DNA of 64,000 nt. Origin: Cypionkella sp. Its GTDB lineage: Bacteria; Pseudomonadota; Alphaproteobacteria; Rhodobacterales; Rhodobacteraceae. Of this stretch, positions 44,488 through 55,136 are shown piece by piece. The notes beneath the pieces were generated by a model. The model saw only the letters and a list, made by a program, of their open reading frames with translations, made no database searches and was not told the origin of the DNA. The position numbers were made by a program, and so were the translations under genes. Each line of letters starts with the position of its first letter. The stretch's first letter is position 1. The stretch spans positions 37,917 through 101,916 of the forward strand of contig JAXHON010000015.1 of NCBI GenBank assembly GCA_034519315.1, written 5' to 3'.

Positions 44488-47340
44488 ATCTGCGTTTGGG
44501 TTTCAACAGGTCTTTCAAATAACGCCCCGTATGCGACGCCTCGGTCTTGGCAATGTCCTCGGGCGTGCCCGTGGCCACAATCTGCCCGCCGCCATCGCCG
44601 CCCTCTGGCCCAATATCAATCACCCAGTCGGCGGTTTTCACCACGTCTAGGTTGTGTTCAATCACCACCACCGTATTGCCCTGTTCGACCAATTCGTGCA
44701 GCACTTCCAACAGCTTGCGCACATCTTCAAAATGCAGGCCCGTGGTGGGTTCATCCAAAATATACAGCGTGCGCCCCGTGGCGCGGCGCGACAGCTCCTT
44801 GGACAATTTCACCCGCTGCGCCTCGCCGCCCGATAGGGTCGTCGCCTGCTGGCCCACTTTGATATACCCCAGCCCCACTTGGCACAAAGCATCCATCTTC
44901 TCGCGGATGGCTGGCACGGCGGTGAAAAACTCTTGCGCATCTTCGCAAGTCATATCCAGCACATCCGCGATGGATTTGCCTTTGAACTTCACCTCCAAAG
45001 TCTCGCGATTATAGCGCGCGCCTTTGCAGGTCTCGCAGGTCACATAGACATCGGGCAGAAAATTCATCTCAATCTTCAGAACGCCGTCGCCTTGGCACGC
45101 CTCGCAGCGCCCGCCTTTGACATTGAACGAAAACCGCCCAGGCAGGTAGGCGCGGGCCTTGGATTCGGGCAGGCCCGCGAACCAATCGCGAATGGGGGTA
45201 AAGGCCCCCGTATAGGTGGCGGGGTTACTGCGCGGCGTGCGGCCAATCGCGCGCTGGTCAATGTCGATCACCTTGTCCAGATGTTCAAAGCCCTTGATCG
45301 TCTCGCAAGGGCTGGGCGTCTCATGCGCGCCGTTCAGGCGCGATGCGGCGGTTTTGAACAGGGTTTCAATCGTCAGCGTCGATTTTCCGCCGCCCGAGAC
45401 GCCTGTGACGCATATGAATTTGCCCAAGGGAAATTCTGCGGTGACATTTTTCAGATTGTTGCCCGTGGCCCCTACCACCGTCAGCTTTTTCCCATTCCCC
45501 TTGCGCCGAACCTTGGGAACGGCAATTTCGCGCAGGCCAGACAAATAGGCCCCCGTGATCGACTTGGGATCGGCAGCCACCTGCGCAGGGGTTCCGTGGC
45601 TGATCACGGCGCCCCCATGCACCCCCGCCCCCGGCCCCATGTCAAAGACGTAATCGGCAGTGCGAATGGCATCCTCGTCATGCTCTACCACCAGCACCGT
45701 ATTGCCCGCATCGCGCAGGTTTTTCAGCGTGGTCAGCAGGCGGTCATTGTCGCGTTGATGCAGTCCGATGCTGGGTTCGTCCAGCACATACAAAACCCCC
45801 GTCAGGCCCGACCCGATCTGGCTGGCCAAACGAATACGCTGCGATTCCCCGCCCGACAGCGTGCCCGCAGCGCGCGACAAGGTCAGATAATTCAGGCCAA
45901 CATTGATCAAAAAACCCAAGCGTTCGCGGATTTCTTTCAAAATCGCCTTGGCGATTTCATTCTTTTGCACGCTGAGGGTTTCAGGCGCGGCCTGTACCCA
46001 ATCAAAGGCCTCTGTGATCGACATATTCACCACTTGGCCGACATGCACATTTGCTATTTTCACCGCGAGCGCCTCGGGCTTTAATCGATACCCGCCGCAA
46101 GATCCGCAAGGACGGTTGTTCTGAAACCGCTCCATATCCTCGCGCGACCATGCGCTGTCCGTCTCGCGATAGCGGCGTTCCATATTGGGGATCACACCTT
46201 CGAACACGCGCGAGACCTGATAGACGCGGCCCCCCTCGTCATAGCGGAATTGAATTTCGGTATCGCCAGAGCCGCGCAGAAAAACCTGTTTGACCGCTTC
46301 GGGCAAATCCTTCCATTTCGCTTTTTTATCAAAGCTGTAGTGTTTGGAAATCGCGTCAATCGTTTGGGTGAAATAGGGGCTTTTCGACTTGGCCCAAGGC
46401 GCAATTGCCCCGCCCAGCAGCGTTAGGTTTTGATCAGGCACCACCAGCCGCTCGTCAAAAAACAACTCCATCCCCAGCCCGTCGCAGACAGGGCAGGCCC
46501 CATAGGGCGCGTTGAACGAAAACAGGCGCGGTTCAATTTCGGCAATGGTGAACCCCGACACGGGGCAGGCAAATTTTTCCGAAAATGTGGTGCGGGGGGC
46601 GTCCTGCCCTTCTTCCACCGCAAGTTCGATCACCGCGATCCCATCGGCCAAATTCAGCGCGGTGCGGAAACTGTCGGCCAGCCGCGTTTGCAGCCCGTCG
46701 CGCACAACGATACGGTCAACCACCACGTCGATGTTATGGCGAAATTTCTTGTCCAAGGTGGGCGGTTCTTCCAATTCATAAAATGCGCCGTTCACCTTGA
46801 CCCGCTGAAACCCCGCCTTGCGCAGTTCCAAAAATTCTTTTTTGTATTCGCCCTTGCGATCACGGATGATCGGGGCCAGCAGATAGGCGCGCGTGCCCTC
46901 GCCCATCGCCATCACCGCATCGACCATGTCTTGCACCTGCATCGCCGTAATCGGCAGGCCCGTGGTGGGCGAAAACGGCGTGCCCGCGCGGGCAAACAAA
47001 AGGCGCATATAGTCGTAAATCTCGGTCACCGTGCCCACGGTGGAACGGGGGTTCTTGCTGGTGGTCTTTTGTTCAATTGAGATGGCAGGAGACAGACCGC
47101 TGGGATGTGATCCACATCAGGTTTTCCCATCATATCAAGGAATTGGCGCGCATAGGCCGACAGGCTTTCGACATAGCGGCGCTGACCCTCGGCATAAATC
47201 GTGTCAAATGCTAGGCTGGATTTCCCGCTACCCGACAGGCCCGTGATCACCACAAGTTGGTCGCGCGGAATATCGACATCCACCGATTTCAGATTGTGCT
47301 CGCGTGCGCCGCGCACCTCGATGAACTTCTGCTCTGCCAT
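44486..47340 (-). CDS. uvrA: Excinuclease ABC subunit A (frameshift near ~47100)
   Basis: [44 protein letters not shown], zinc fingers, [11 protein letters not shown]. Confidence 0.97.
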
Positions 47341-47400
47341 GATTTTCCCCAATTTGGTCACAAGATAGGTCGATTTTTCCACCGCGCCAATGGCCAAAGT

Positions 47401-47415
47401 GAACGAAGTATGAAC
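47401..47415. promoter_or_regulatory. Alphaproteobacterial LexA (SOS) box
   Basis: GAAC-GAAGTAT-GAAC (GTTC-N7-GTTC on minus strand), ~60 bp upstream of uvrA. Confidence 0.88.
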
Positions 47416-47547
47416 ATTTGCATTTTAGACAGTATCGCCTTTGGCAAAACCCGCATTGGGCGTAGTTTATGCCACCATCATTGAATAGGGGCTTTTACAA
47501 AGATTGACGAGATTATTTGCGGTTTTGCAAACTTGCACCCTTTACAT

Positions 47548-47563
47548 ATTCTTATCAACGAAT
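47548..47563. promoter_or_regulatory. SqrR/ArsR-type operator upstream of rhodanese
   Basis: ATTC-TTATCAAC-GAAT (ATTC-N8-GAAT). Confidence 0.65.
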
Positions 47564-47598
47564 GTATGAATGATTAAAGTGGTTCCGCAATCAAAGGT

Positions 47599-47934
47599 GT
47601 GAAAATGGCCTACAATTCTATGCAAGACGTTATCAAAGGCGCAGCCAGTGGCGCGCTTACTGTGATTGATGTGCGCGAGACGGGCGAGCTGCGCGCCAGC
47701 GGACAGGCGAAAGGCGCGCTGCATATTCCGCTGGGCGTTTTGGCGATGAAAGCTGATCCGAAAAGCCCCGATTACGACGCGCGCATTGCACAAGATAAGC
47801 CTGTCGCCGTTTACTGCGCCTCTGGCGGCCGCTCGGGCATGGCAGCTGCGACGCTGAAACGCATGGGATTCGATGCGATGAATATCGGCGGCTTTGGCGA
47901 TTGGGTCAGTGCAGGCGGCCCCGTCGCGCGCTAA
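47599..47934 (+). CDS. Single-domain rhodanese/sulfurtransferase
   Basis: VIDVRETGE, ALHIPL, VYCASGGRS, NIGGFGDW. Confidence 0.92.
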   Translation: MKMAYNSMQDVIKGAASGALTVIDVRETGELRASGQAKGALHIPLGVLAMKADPKSPDYDARIAQDKPVAVYCASGGRSGMAAATLKRMGFDAMNIGGFGDWVSAGGPVAR

Positions 47935-47991
47935 AATCTTTGGTTTAGGGCAGGGCCATAACCGCCCTGCCCCAGTGTTGTGATACCCCGA

Positions 47992-48837
47992 TCAGGCCCG
48001 CAGCGCCGCCGCGATCGGCAAGGCAATCGCCGTTGTCGGCCGCCCGATGAGGCGCGACAAATTGCGGCTATCATCAAACAATGCCCCGTCCCTTGCCTTA
48101 GCGTCACAATCAGCCAAGACCATAGCAAACCCTTCGGGCAGGCCAAAATTGACCAGTGTTTGCGCATAAACCTCGGGCGTCAGGTCATTGTAACCAATCG
48201 TTTTTCCCGCCTGCTGGCCCACTTCTGCGGCAAATTCGGCCATCGTATGGGCGGTATCGCCCGCAAGTTCATAGACCTTTCCCGCATGGGCCGCGTCCAG
48301 TGCCACAACGGCAATCGCCTCGGCGTAATCGGCGCGCGCAGCCGATGAAATCCGCCCCTGCCCCGACGATCCAATCATCGCTCCCGCAGCCAGCGCACCG
48401 CCCAAACTTGCGGTGTAATTTTCCGTATACCAACCATTGCGCAAAATTGTTGCCATCAGACCGCTGCCTGCGATGGCCGCCTCGGTTGCGATATGATCTT
48501 GGGCCAAGATCATTGGGTTATCCACACCTTTCAAGATCGAAGTATAGACAATGCGCCCCACCTTAGCCGCCGCTGCCGCCAAGACGACTGCACGGTGCTG
48601 CCCCGCACGGTCATTGAAATCGCTAGAAGAAATCAGCACCAAAACGTCAACGCCCGCCAAGGCAGGTGCCAAAGTGTCGGGCTTGGTATAATCCATGGCC
48701 CGCAGCGGCGCGCCGACATCTGCGCTCACGTTGCGCGCAAGGCCCAGCACATCCGCCTGCGGATCGCGTGCCAAAATCGCCTTGATCGCCAAGCGTCCCA
48801 ATTGCCCCGTCGCACCCGTTATGGCTATTTTCGTCAT
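47992..48837 (-). CDS. NAD(P)H:quinone oxidoreductase (YtfG/QorB-like SDR)
   Basis: IAITGATGQLG, LRNGWYTEN, AARADYAEA, LSRLIGRPT. Confidence 0.9.
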   Translation of the reverse strand: MTKIAITGATGQLGRLAIKAILARDPQADVLGLARNVSADVGAPLRAMDYTKPDTLAPALAGVDVLVLISSSDFNDRAGQHRAVVLAAAAAKVGRIVYTSILKGVDNPMILAQDHIATEAAIAGSGLMATILRNGWYTENYTASLGGALAAGAMIGSSGQGRISSAARADYAEAIAVVALDAAHAGKVYELAGDTAHTMAEFAAEVGQQAGKTIGYNDLTPEVYAQTLVNFGLPEGFAMVLADCDAKARDGALFDDSRNLSRLIGRPTTAIALPIAAALRA

Positions 48838-48877
48838 GACATTCTCCTTTTCGCTGTCTTTCGCCTAAGTATCGCTT

Positions 48878-48914
48878 TACTTACGAAATAGAAGTACCTA
48901 CGTTCTTGTAAGTA
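48878..48914. promoter_or_regulatory. Inverted-repeat operator between oxidoreductase and HxlR regulator
   Basis: TACTTAC (48878-48884) ... GTAAGTA (48908-48914) with internal degenerate half-sites. Confidence 0.6.
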
Positions 48915-48933
48915 TACCGCACAGGCGCACAGA

Positions 48934-49308
48934 ATGACCCAGCATCCCGCACAGATCGTATTCTCCCCAAATGTGATGGCGGCAAAATGCCCGTCGCGGG
49001 CGATACTGGGGCATTTAACCTCGCGCTGGGGGGTGCTGGTGATGATCGCGCTACAACGCACAACCTTGCGGTTTTCGGCGCTGCGCAGGCATATTGGCGG
49101 GGTGTCGGAACGCATGCTGGCGCAAACATTGCAACAGCTAGAGGCTGATGGTTTCATCCTGCGCAAGGCCTATGACGTGGTTCCCCCCCATGTCGAGTAT
49201 TCCCTTACCCCTTTGGGGCAAGAGGCTGCTGCGCACGTGGCCGCCCTTTCTGGTTGGATCGAGGCGTCTTTACCGCGGATTTTGGCCGCCCGCGTCAGCG
49301 CTGATTAA
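48934..49308 (+). CDS. HxlR-family regulator (YtfH/QorR-like)
   Basis: CPSRAILGHLTSRWGVL, SERMLAQTL, VPPHVEYSLTPLG. Confidence 0.92.
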   Translation: MTQHPAQIVFSPNVMAAKCPSRAILGHLTSRWGVLVMIALQRTTLRFSALRRHIGGVSERMLAQTLQQLEADGFILRKAYDVVPPHVEYSLTPLGQEAAAHVAALSGWIEASLPRILAARVSAD

Positions 49309-49353
49309 TTCCATGCAAAAGATACAAGAATTTTTCCTAACAAATCCACCCGT

Positions 49354-49367
49354 TTGATCTGGCGCAA
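49354..49367. promoter_or_regulatory. FnrL-type box upstream of hemA
   Basis: TTGAT-CTGG-CGCAA; FnrL control of hemA is established in Rhodobacter. Confidence 0.6.
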
Positions 49368-49529
49368 AGCTACTATCGAAATACCTTCGTATTATGGAAA
49401 GTAGATCGGGCCGCGCCAAAGGTTATAAAATCAAAAATTGCCGCGACCAATTGTCCACTTTGCGACAAAACTGGTGGCGCGATGACACTTTGGCACCTAC
49501 AACACGCTCAATTAGTTGCGAGGATTTCG

Positions 49530-50758
49530 ATGAATTTTGATGCCCTTTTCACCGCCCAGTTGGAGCAGCTGAAAGCCGAAGGCAATTACCGCAGCTTTGC
49601 CGAGCTGGAGCGCAAGCGCGGGGCATTTCCGCGTGCGGCCTCGCACAAGGATGGCAGCGTGGATGACATCACCGTGTGGTGCAGCAACGATTATTTGGGC
49701 ATGGGCCAGCACCCCGATGTGGTGGCGGCCATGGTGGATTGCGTGCAGGCTTGCGGCACGGGCGCGGGGGGCACGCGCAACATCTCGGGCAACACCCACC
49801 ACCATTTGCTGCTTGAACGCGAGCTGGCCGATTTGCACGGCAAGGACGCGGCGCTGCTGTTCACCAGCGGCTACGTCTCGAACTGGGCGGCCCTGTCCAC
49901 CTTGGGGGCGCGCATCCCCAATGCGGTGATCCTGTCGGACGCGGGCAACCACGCAAGCATGATCGAAGGCGTGCGCCATAGCCGCGCCGACAAGGTGATC
50001 TGGAAACACAACGACTGGCGCGATCTGGATCGCAAACTTGCCGCCGTAGGCGATCGCCCCAAAATCGTGGCCTTTGAATCGGTCTATTCGATGGATGGCG
50101 ACATTGCGCCCATCCGCGAAATCGTCCAAGTGGCCAAGGCGCACGGCGCGATGACCTATATCGACGAAGTGCATGCCGTGGGCATGTATGGCCCGCGCGG
50201 CGGCGGCGTGTCCGAGCGTGAGGGGCTTGCCGATCAAATCGACCTGATCGAGGGCACTTTGGGCAAGGCTTACGGCGTCGTGGGCGGCTATATCACTGGC
50301 AGCGCGCCCTGTGCGATTTCATCCGCAGCTTTGCCAGTCGGGTTCATCTTTACAACCGCCCTGCCCCCAGCCGTGGCAGCAGCGACCACGCGCCTCCATT
50401 CGCGCATCTGCAAGGAAATTCTGATGTCGAACGCCTGCGCCAGCGCGAACAAGTGGCCAAACTGCGCGCCCAGCTGGATCGCTTTGGCATTCCCCATATG
50501 GCCAATGACAGCCATATTGTCCCCGTGATGATCGGTGATCCCAGTAAAATGCCGCATGATTTCGGATATGCCTGATGCGATCAGATTGGGGCGTTTATGT
50601 GCAGCCGATCAACGCTATCCGTTAAACCGTGGCCAAAAGGAACCGAGCGTTTGCGCATCACGCCCTCGCCGTTTCATTCCGATGCAGACATTGACCACCT
50701 GACAAAAGCGCTGTATTCCCTGTGGTCGCGCTGCGCGATTTCACATGCCGTGGCCTAA
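49530..50758 (+). CDS. hemA: 5-aminolevulinate synthase (frameshifts after ~50300)
   Basis: [43 protein letters not shown]; tail [13 protein letters not shown]...HAVA* read manually. Confidence 0.95.
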
Positions 50759-50791
50759 TGGGGCGTGAGGCAGCCGGCTAAATCACTGCCT

Positions 50792-50860
50792 GCTTCCTTG
50801 CTCTGAAAATATCCTGCGGGGTTGAGCGCGGCACGCGCGAGGGGGCCGCAACGGCCCCCT
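50792..50860. repeat. REP-like palindromic intergenic element between convergent hemA and hemC
   Basis: gcttccttgctctgaaaatatc + gcgcg-gca-cgcgc + agggggccg-caa-cggccccct; first 22 nt match 11541-11562 in reverse at 20/22. Confidence 0.65.
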
Positions 50861-51801
50861 TAGTCGTCAAAAAAACCAGCGCCAGCACGTTTCAGCAAAT
50901 CCTCTGCCAATTTTGCGCCAAGGGCCGCGCCATCTGCTGCTGCGCCCCGTATCTCGCCTGCGATCACGCGGCTGCCATCGGGGCGCAGAATTTCTCCGCG
51001 CAGCCACAGCGCGCCCCCCTCTAGCACCGCCAGCCCCGCAATCGGCGTCTCGCAAGATCCGTCCAGCTGCGAAAGAAACGCACGTTCGGCGGCCAGCTGC
51101 ACCCCTGTTGGGCCGTGATGAATGGCGTCCAACATCTCTTTCGCACGATTGTCCGATATGCGCCTCTCTATCCCAATCGCCCCTTGCGCCACCGCAGGCA
51201 GCATCACATCCACCGCAATCGCACCGCGCGCAACCTGCGCCATGCCCAAACGGTTCAGTCCCGCCATCGCCAAAAATGTGGCATCGGCCACGCCGTCATT
51301 CAGCTTATTCATTCGCGTTTGCACATTGCCGCGAAATTCCACCAGCTGCAAATCAGGTCGCCGATGGGCCAATTGCGCGCGCCGCCGCAGGCTGGAACTG
51401 CCAACCCGTGCGCCTTGCGGCAAATCCTCCAGACGCGCCGCCCGGGGCGAGACAAAGGCATCGCGCACATCTTCGCGCGGCAGATAACAGTCCAAAATCA
51501 GACCCTCGGGCTGCACCGTGGGCATGTCCTTCATCGAATGCACCGCGATGTCGATGTTGCCCGCCAGCAACGCCTCTTCAATCTCGCGGGTGAACAGGCC
51601 TTTGCCGCCGATATCTTTCAACGCGCGATCCAAAATCTGATCGCCCATAACTTTGATGATCACAATCTCAAACGCCGCCTGAGGCAGCGCGAGCGCCGTC
51701 ATCAAGCTGCGCCGCGTCTCATGGGCCTGCCATAGCGCTAGCGGAGAGCCACGCGTGCCAATGCGAAAAGGATCGTCGGGGGTTGGGATTTTGTGCATCA
51801 T
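50860..51801 (-). CDS. hemC: Hydroxymethylbilane synthase
   Basis: IGTRGSPLALWQ, GGKGLFT, AVHSMKD, SSLRR, RGNV, LDGSC. Confidence 0.97.
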   Translation of the reverse strand: MMHKIPTPDDPFRIGTRGSPLALWQAHETRRSLMTALALPQAAFEIVIIKVMGDQILDRALKDIGGKGLFTREIEEALLAGNIDIAVHSMKDMPTVQPEGLILDCYLPREDVRDAFVSPRAARLEDLPQGARVGSSSLRRRAQLAHRRPDLQLVEFRGNVQTRMNKLNDGVADATFLAMAGLNRLGMAQVARGAIAVDVMLPAVAQGAIGIERRISDNRAKEMLDAIHHGPTGVQLAAERAFLSQLDGSCETPIAGLAVLEGGALWLRGEILRPDGSRVIAGEIRGAAADGAALGAKLAEDLLKRAGAGFFDD

Positions 51802-51931
51802 ACTGCACAATAGCCATGCCACCTGCGCCCTTCAACTGGCAAACGGCAGCACGACAGCACTTCTTTGCGCATCAGATTGCGACGTCTCGGTAAATGAGAT
51901 ACACTACAACTCTCTTGCACAAAGGGCCAGC

Positions 51932-52648
51932 ATGTCCGCACCCGATCCAGACGCCCCAACCCAGCGTATCTTGGCGGTAATCGACGTGGTTTCATCGATG
52001 GGGCCGATCACTTTGGCCCAATTGACCGAAGCCTTGCCGTTTAGCCGCGCCGCAATATGGCGTGCTGTCGATACGTTGCGCGCGGCTGGCTGGCTGCGCA
52101 TGCGCCCGGGCGACAACGCCTTCGAGCTGAGGGCCGCCATGCTGGAACGGCTGTCCAATGGCCATAAATCCAATCCATTGATCGAATCTGTAGCGCCCCT
52201 TTTCGACCAACTGGCATGCCTTGGCCCCTTTCATTTGGATTTGGGGGGATTTGTGGACACAGGCGTATTCCGCATCTTGCAAACCACCCGCAAAGACACG
52301 CGCAGTGTTTTGGACCAGCCCGTTTCCCTCGTGGATGATGATCTGGCAAAAGCCGCACAACTGTCCGTTTCGCCGCCGCAACTGGTGGTTCATTTGCGCG
52401 CGTTCATGGTTTTTGCAACCGACGAAGAGCGGCGGACGATCACTTCGGGCGAACACGGTCGCAGTATTTCAAAGCAGCGCGAAAAAGGCCACATTTGGTT
52501 GGATGACCACAGCGCTGTCGCCTTTGCCCTGCCCGATCACCCCGGAGTGGCCCTTCGCGCAGAACTATGGCGCATGACCAAATTGGATATTTCCACGTTC
52601 AAAAGTACATTGACCACCTTTATGGGATCTGTTGCACCAACCAAATAA
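51932..52648 (+). CDS. IclR-like HTH regulator with divergent C-terminal domain
   Basis: RILAVIDVV...ITLAQLTEALPFSRAAIWRAVDTLRAAGWL N-terminal HTH. Confidence 0.65.
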   Translation: MSAPDPDAPTQRILAVIDVVSSMGPITLAQLTEALPFSRAAIWRAVDTLRAAGWLRMRPGDNAFELRAAMLERLSNGHKSNPLIESVAPLFDQLACLGPFHLDLGGFVDTGVFRILQTTRKDTRSVLDQPVSLVDDDLAKAAQLSVSPPQLVVHLRAFMVFATDEERRTITSGEHGRSISKQREKGHIWLDDHSAVAFALPDHPGVALRAELWRMTKLDISTFKSTLTTFMGSVAPTK

Positions 52649-52678
52649 AGGGGTCTGGGCCTGCCCTCGCGTAGCTTT

Positions 52679-52726
52679 GGTCAGATGCTCATGTCAAGCG
52701 GCCTTTTGGTTTAAGGCCACGGGGCT
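52679..52726 (-). mobile_element. Possible ~50-bp scar of an IS3-family transposase 3' end
   Basis: Minus strand reads SPVALNQKAA* then catgagcatctgacc, resembling IS3-family termini as I recall them; unverified. Confidence 0.35.
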
Positions 52727-52885
52727 ATGCAATCAGCGGCCTTGAGCCCGAACTGCCAGATCAGACCCCGCCCAAACAGACAATCGCCACCGCAGAGGGT
52801 GCCGTCAATACCCGCAAGAACGCCAAGCATGACTATCTAGGCACGGCCCGCGCCGCGTTGAAACAAAGATGATCTGCGCTGCAGT

Positions 52886-55065
52886 CTACTCTTTTGGCAA
52901 ACGCCATCTTTGCCAAAAAAACAGCGCCGCCGCAGTGCCAAGACCTATGAGGTCGGTCAGCAGACCCGCCTTGAGCATGGCAAGCGCGCTGGCAATAAGC
53001 AGGATACGAACAGGCCAGCCAGCCTTGCCAAAGAACCAGCCAATCACGCCGCAAGACAAAATATAAATTCCGATCAAAGCGGACATAACGACATGCACGG
53101 TTTCCACGACGCCGCCCTGAAGAAGCAGTGCATCAGAGAAAAAGAACATGTAAGGGACAACAAAGGCGGCCAAACCGATGCGAAAAGCTTCGACGCTTGT
53201 CTTCATCGGGTCTGACTGCGCCAAAGCCGCGCCAGCATAAGCGGCCAGTGCGGCCGGCGGCGTAATCGCTGACATCACGGCAAAGTAGAAGATAAAGAAA
53301 TGCGCAGTCAAAGGCGCGATCCCAAGATTGATCAAGCCAGGCGCAATCACACTTGCCGCCACGGCATAGGCCGCAGTGGTTGGCATCCCCATACCCAGCA
53401 CCACCGCCACCAGCATCGAGAAGATCAACGCCAGCAGCTGTGACTGATCAGCAAGGCCCAAAAGCAGACTGGAAAACCGCGTTCCAATCCCCGTCAAAGC
53501 GATCACACCCACAATGATCCCCGCCGCCGCGCATACTGCGACCAGTTGGAACGTCATCCGCGCGCCAACATCCAAGGCGTTGAACAGTTGCCGTGGGCCC
53601 ATCTGGTGCGGGGTCAGCCAAGACACGGCGGCTGCGGTCATCATCGCCAATGTCCCGCAACGAATGACGGAATAGCCCATATAAAAAGCGCAACAACCAG
53701 AACTATGATCGGTGAAAACAGGTAGGCCTGTTTCATCAGCTCGGCCAATTTCGGCAACGCGGATCTGGGCAGACCCACCATTTTGAACTTTTGGGCCATC
53801 AAATCGACCATGAAGTAGATCGACGCGAAATACAGTATGGCGGGGATCAGGGCCGCCCATACAATGTCCGTATAGGGGATACCTGTGATTTCCGCCATAA
53901 TAAAGGCGCCAGCGCCCATGATCGGCGGCATGATCTGCCCGCCCGATGATGCCGCCGCCTCGACCGCTGCTGCCGTCTGGCCGCGATAGCCCACCTTTTT
54001 CATCAACGGAATCGTCAGGCTGCCTGTCGCAACAACGTTACCGGCCGAGGTGCCGTTGATCATGCCCATCAATCCCGACGCAAAAACCGCAACTTTTGCA
54101 GGGCCGCCTCGCTTGCTACCTGCGATCGCAAAGGCCACGTTTACAAAGTAAGCACCCACCCGCGTTGTTTGCAAAAAGGCGGCAAAGACCACGAATAAGA
54201 TGATGTAAGTTGATGAAATGGCAATCGGCGCGCTTAGGATACCACTGTCGGTGAAGATATAGGAAAAGAACCGCTTGGGGGCGTATCCGCTATGCGCAAA
54301 AATGCTGGGCAACCACGGCCCTGCAAAAGCATAGGCCACGAAAACGCCAGCGATGATCACAAGTGCAAGGCCCGCCATACGGCGCACGGCCTCAAAAATC
54401 AGGATCACCCCACAAATGGCCGCCCACATGTCCGAAGGCAGCGCCATCGGCATGCCTGCGCGCATCTGAAGTGCGCGGACAAAAAAGATGATGTATCCGA
54501 TCGCGGCAACCGTCGCGAGGGCAAGCAGAATATCCGACGGCGCGAACCTGTCGTGTCGTTGCGCTGGGAACATCCACCCATGAACCACCGCCAGTGCCGT
54601 TCCAATGGTCAGAGGAATCCCAAAACTGCTCATAACCCAAGCAGGAGGTTTTGCTTGGCCAAACACCCACCAATTTCCCCACAGCGCGCCGATGGCAGCC
54701 AGCCCATATAGGACACCCATGCTTGCCAACCCCAGCACGGCAAAATCGGCTTTCGAACGTGCGACGCCGCCCTTGGTGCCCTCTATGGAATGTGCCCCAA
54801 ATAACAAAAATCCAAGCGCAAGGCCGCCACCCAAATGCAGCAAGCGATACGTCCAGCTTTCCAGCGGATAAAGGTTCATCACCACAAGATGAAACACTGT
54901 ATAGGCCGCACAGGCCGCAGCAAAAGCGTATTGGCGTGTCCCAACGAAACTGCGCTGATTGCTGGCGGGGATTTCTTCGTCAACAGCCTCTGTCGCAGAA
55001 ACAGGCGCGTCAAGTTGTGCGAGCGCGTCTGATGACGACGCATCACTGGGCAAAGTTTGTGTCAT
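52886..55065 (-). CDS. TAXI-type TRAP fused permease (frameshift near ~53680)
   Basis: GGPAKVAV, EAAASSGGQIMPPIMGAGAF, LGMGMPTTAAY, SAITPP. Confidence 0.92.
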
Positions 55066-55078
55066 AAGGCCATCCGAA

Positions 55079-55114
55079 GAAAAAAAGAAAACGGGCGGCG
55101 GTGTGCCGCCCGTT
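55079..55114 (-). terminator. Hairpin with U tract between TAXI binding protein and permease
   Basis: Minus strand aacgggcggc-acac-cgccgcccgtt followed by ttcttttttt. Confidence 0.75.
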
Positions 55115-55136
55115 CGATCTGACAAGCCAGAAAAGC

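Noticed and set aside
49436-49482. RegA/PrrA-like GCGAC sites upstream of hemA
   Set aside because: Consensus too degenerate to call by eye in GC-rich DNA
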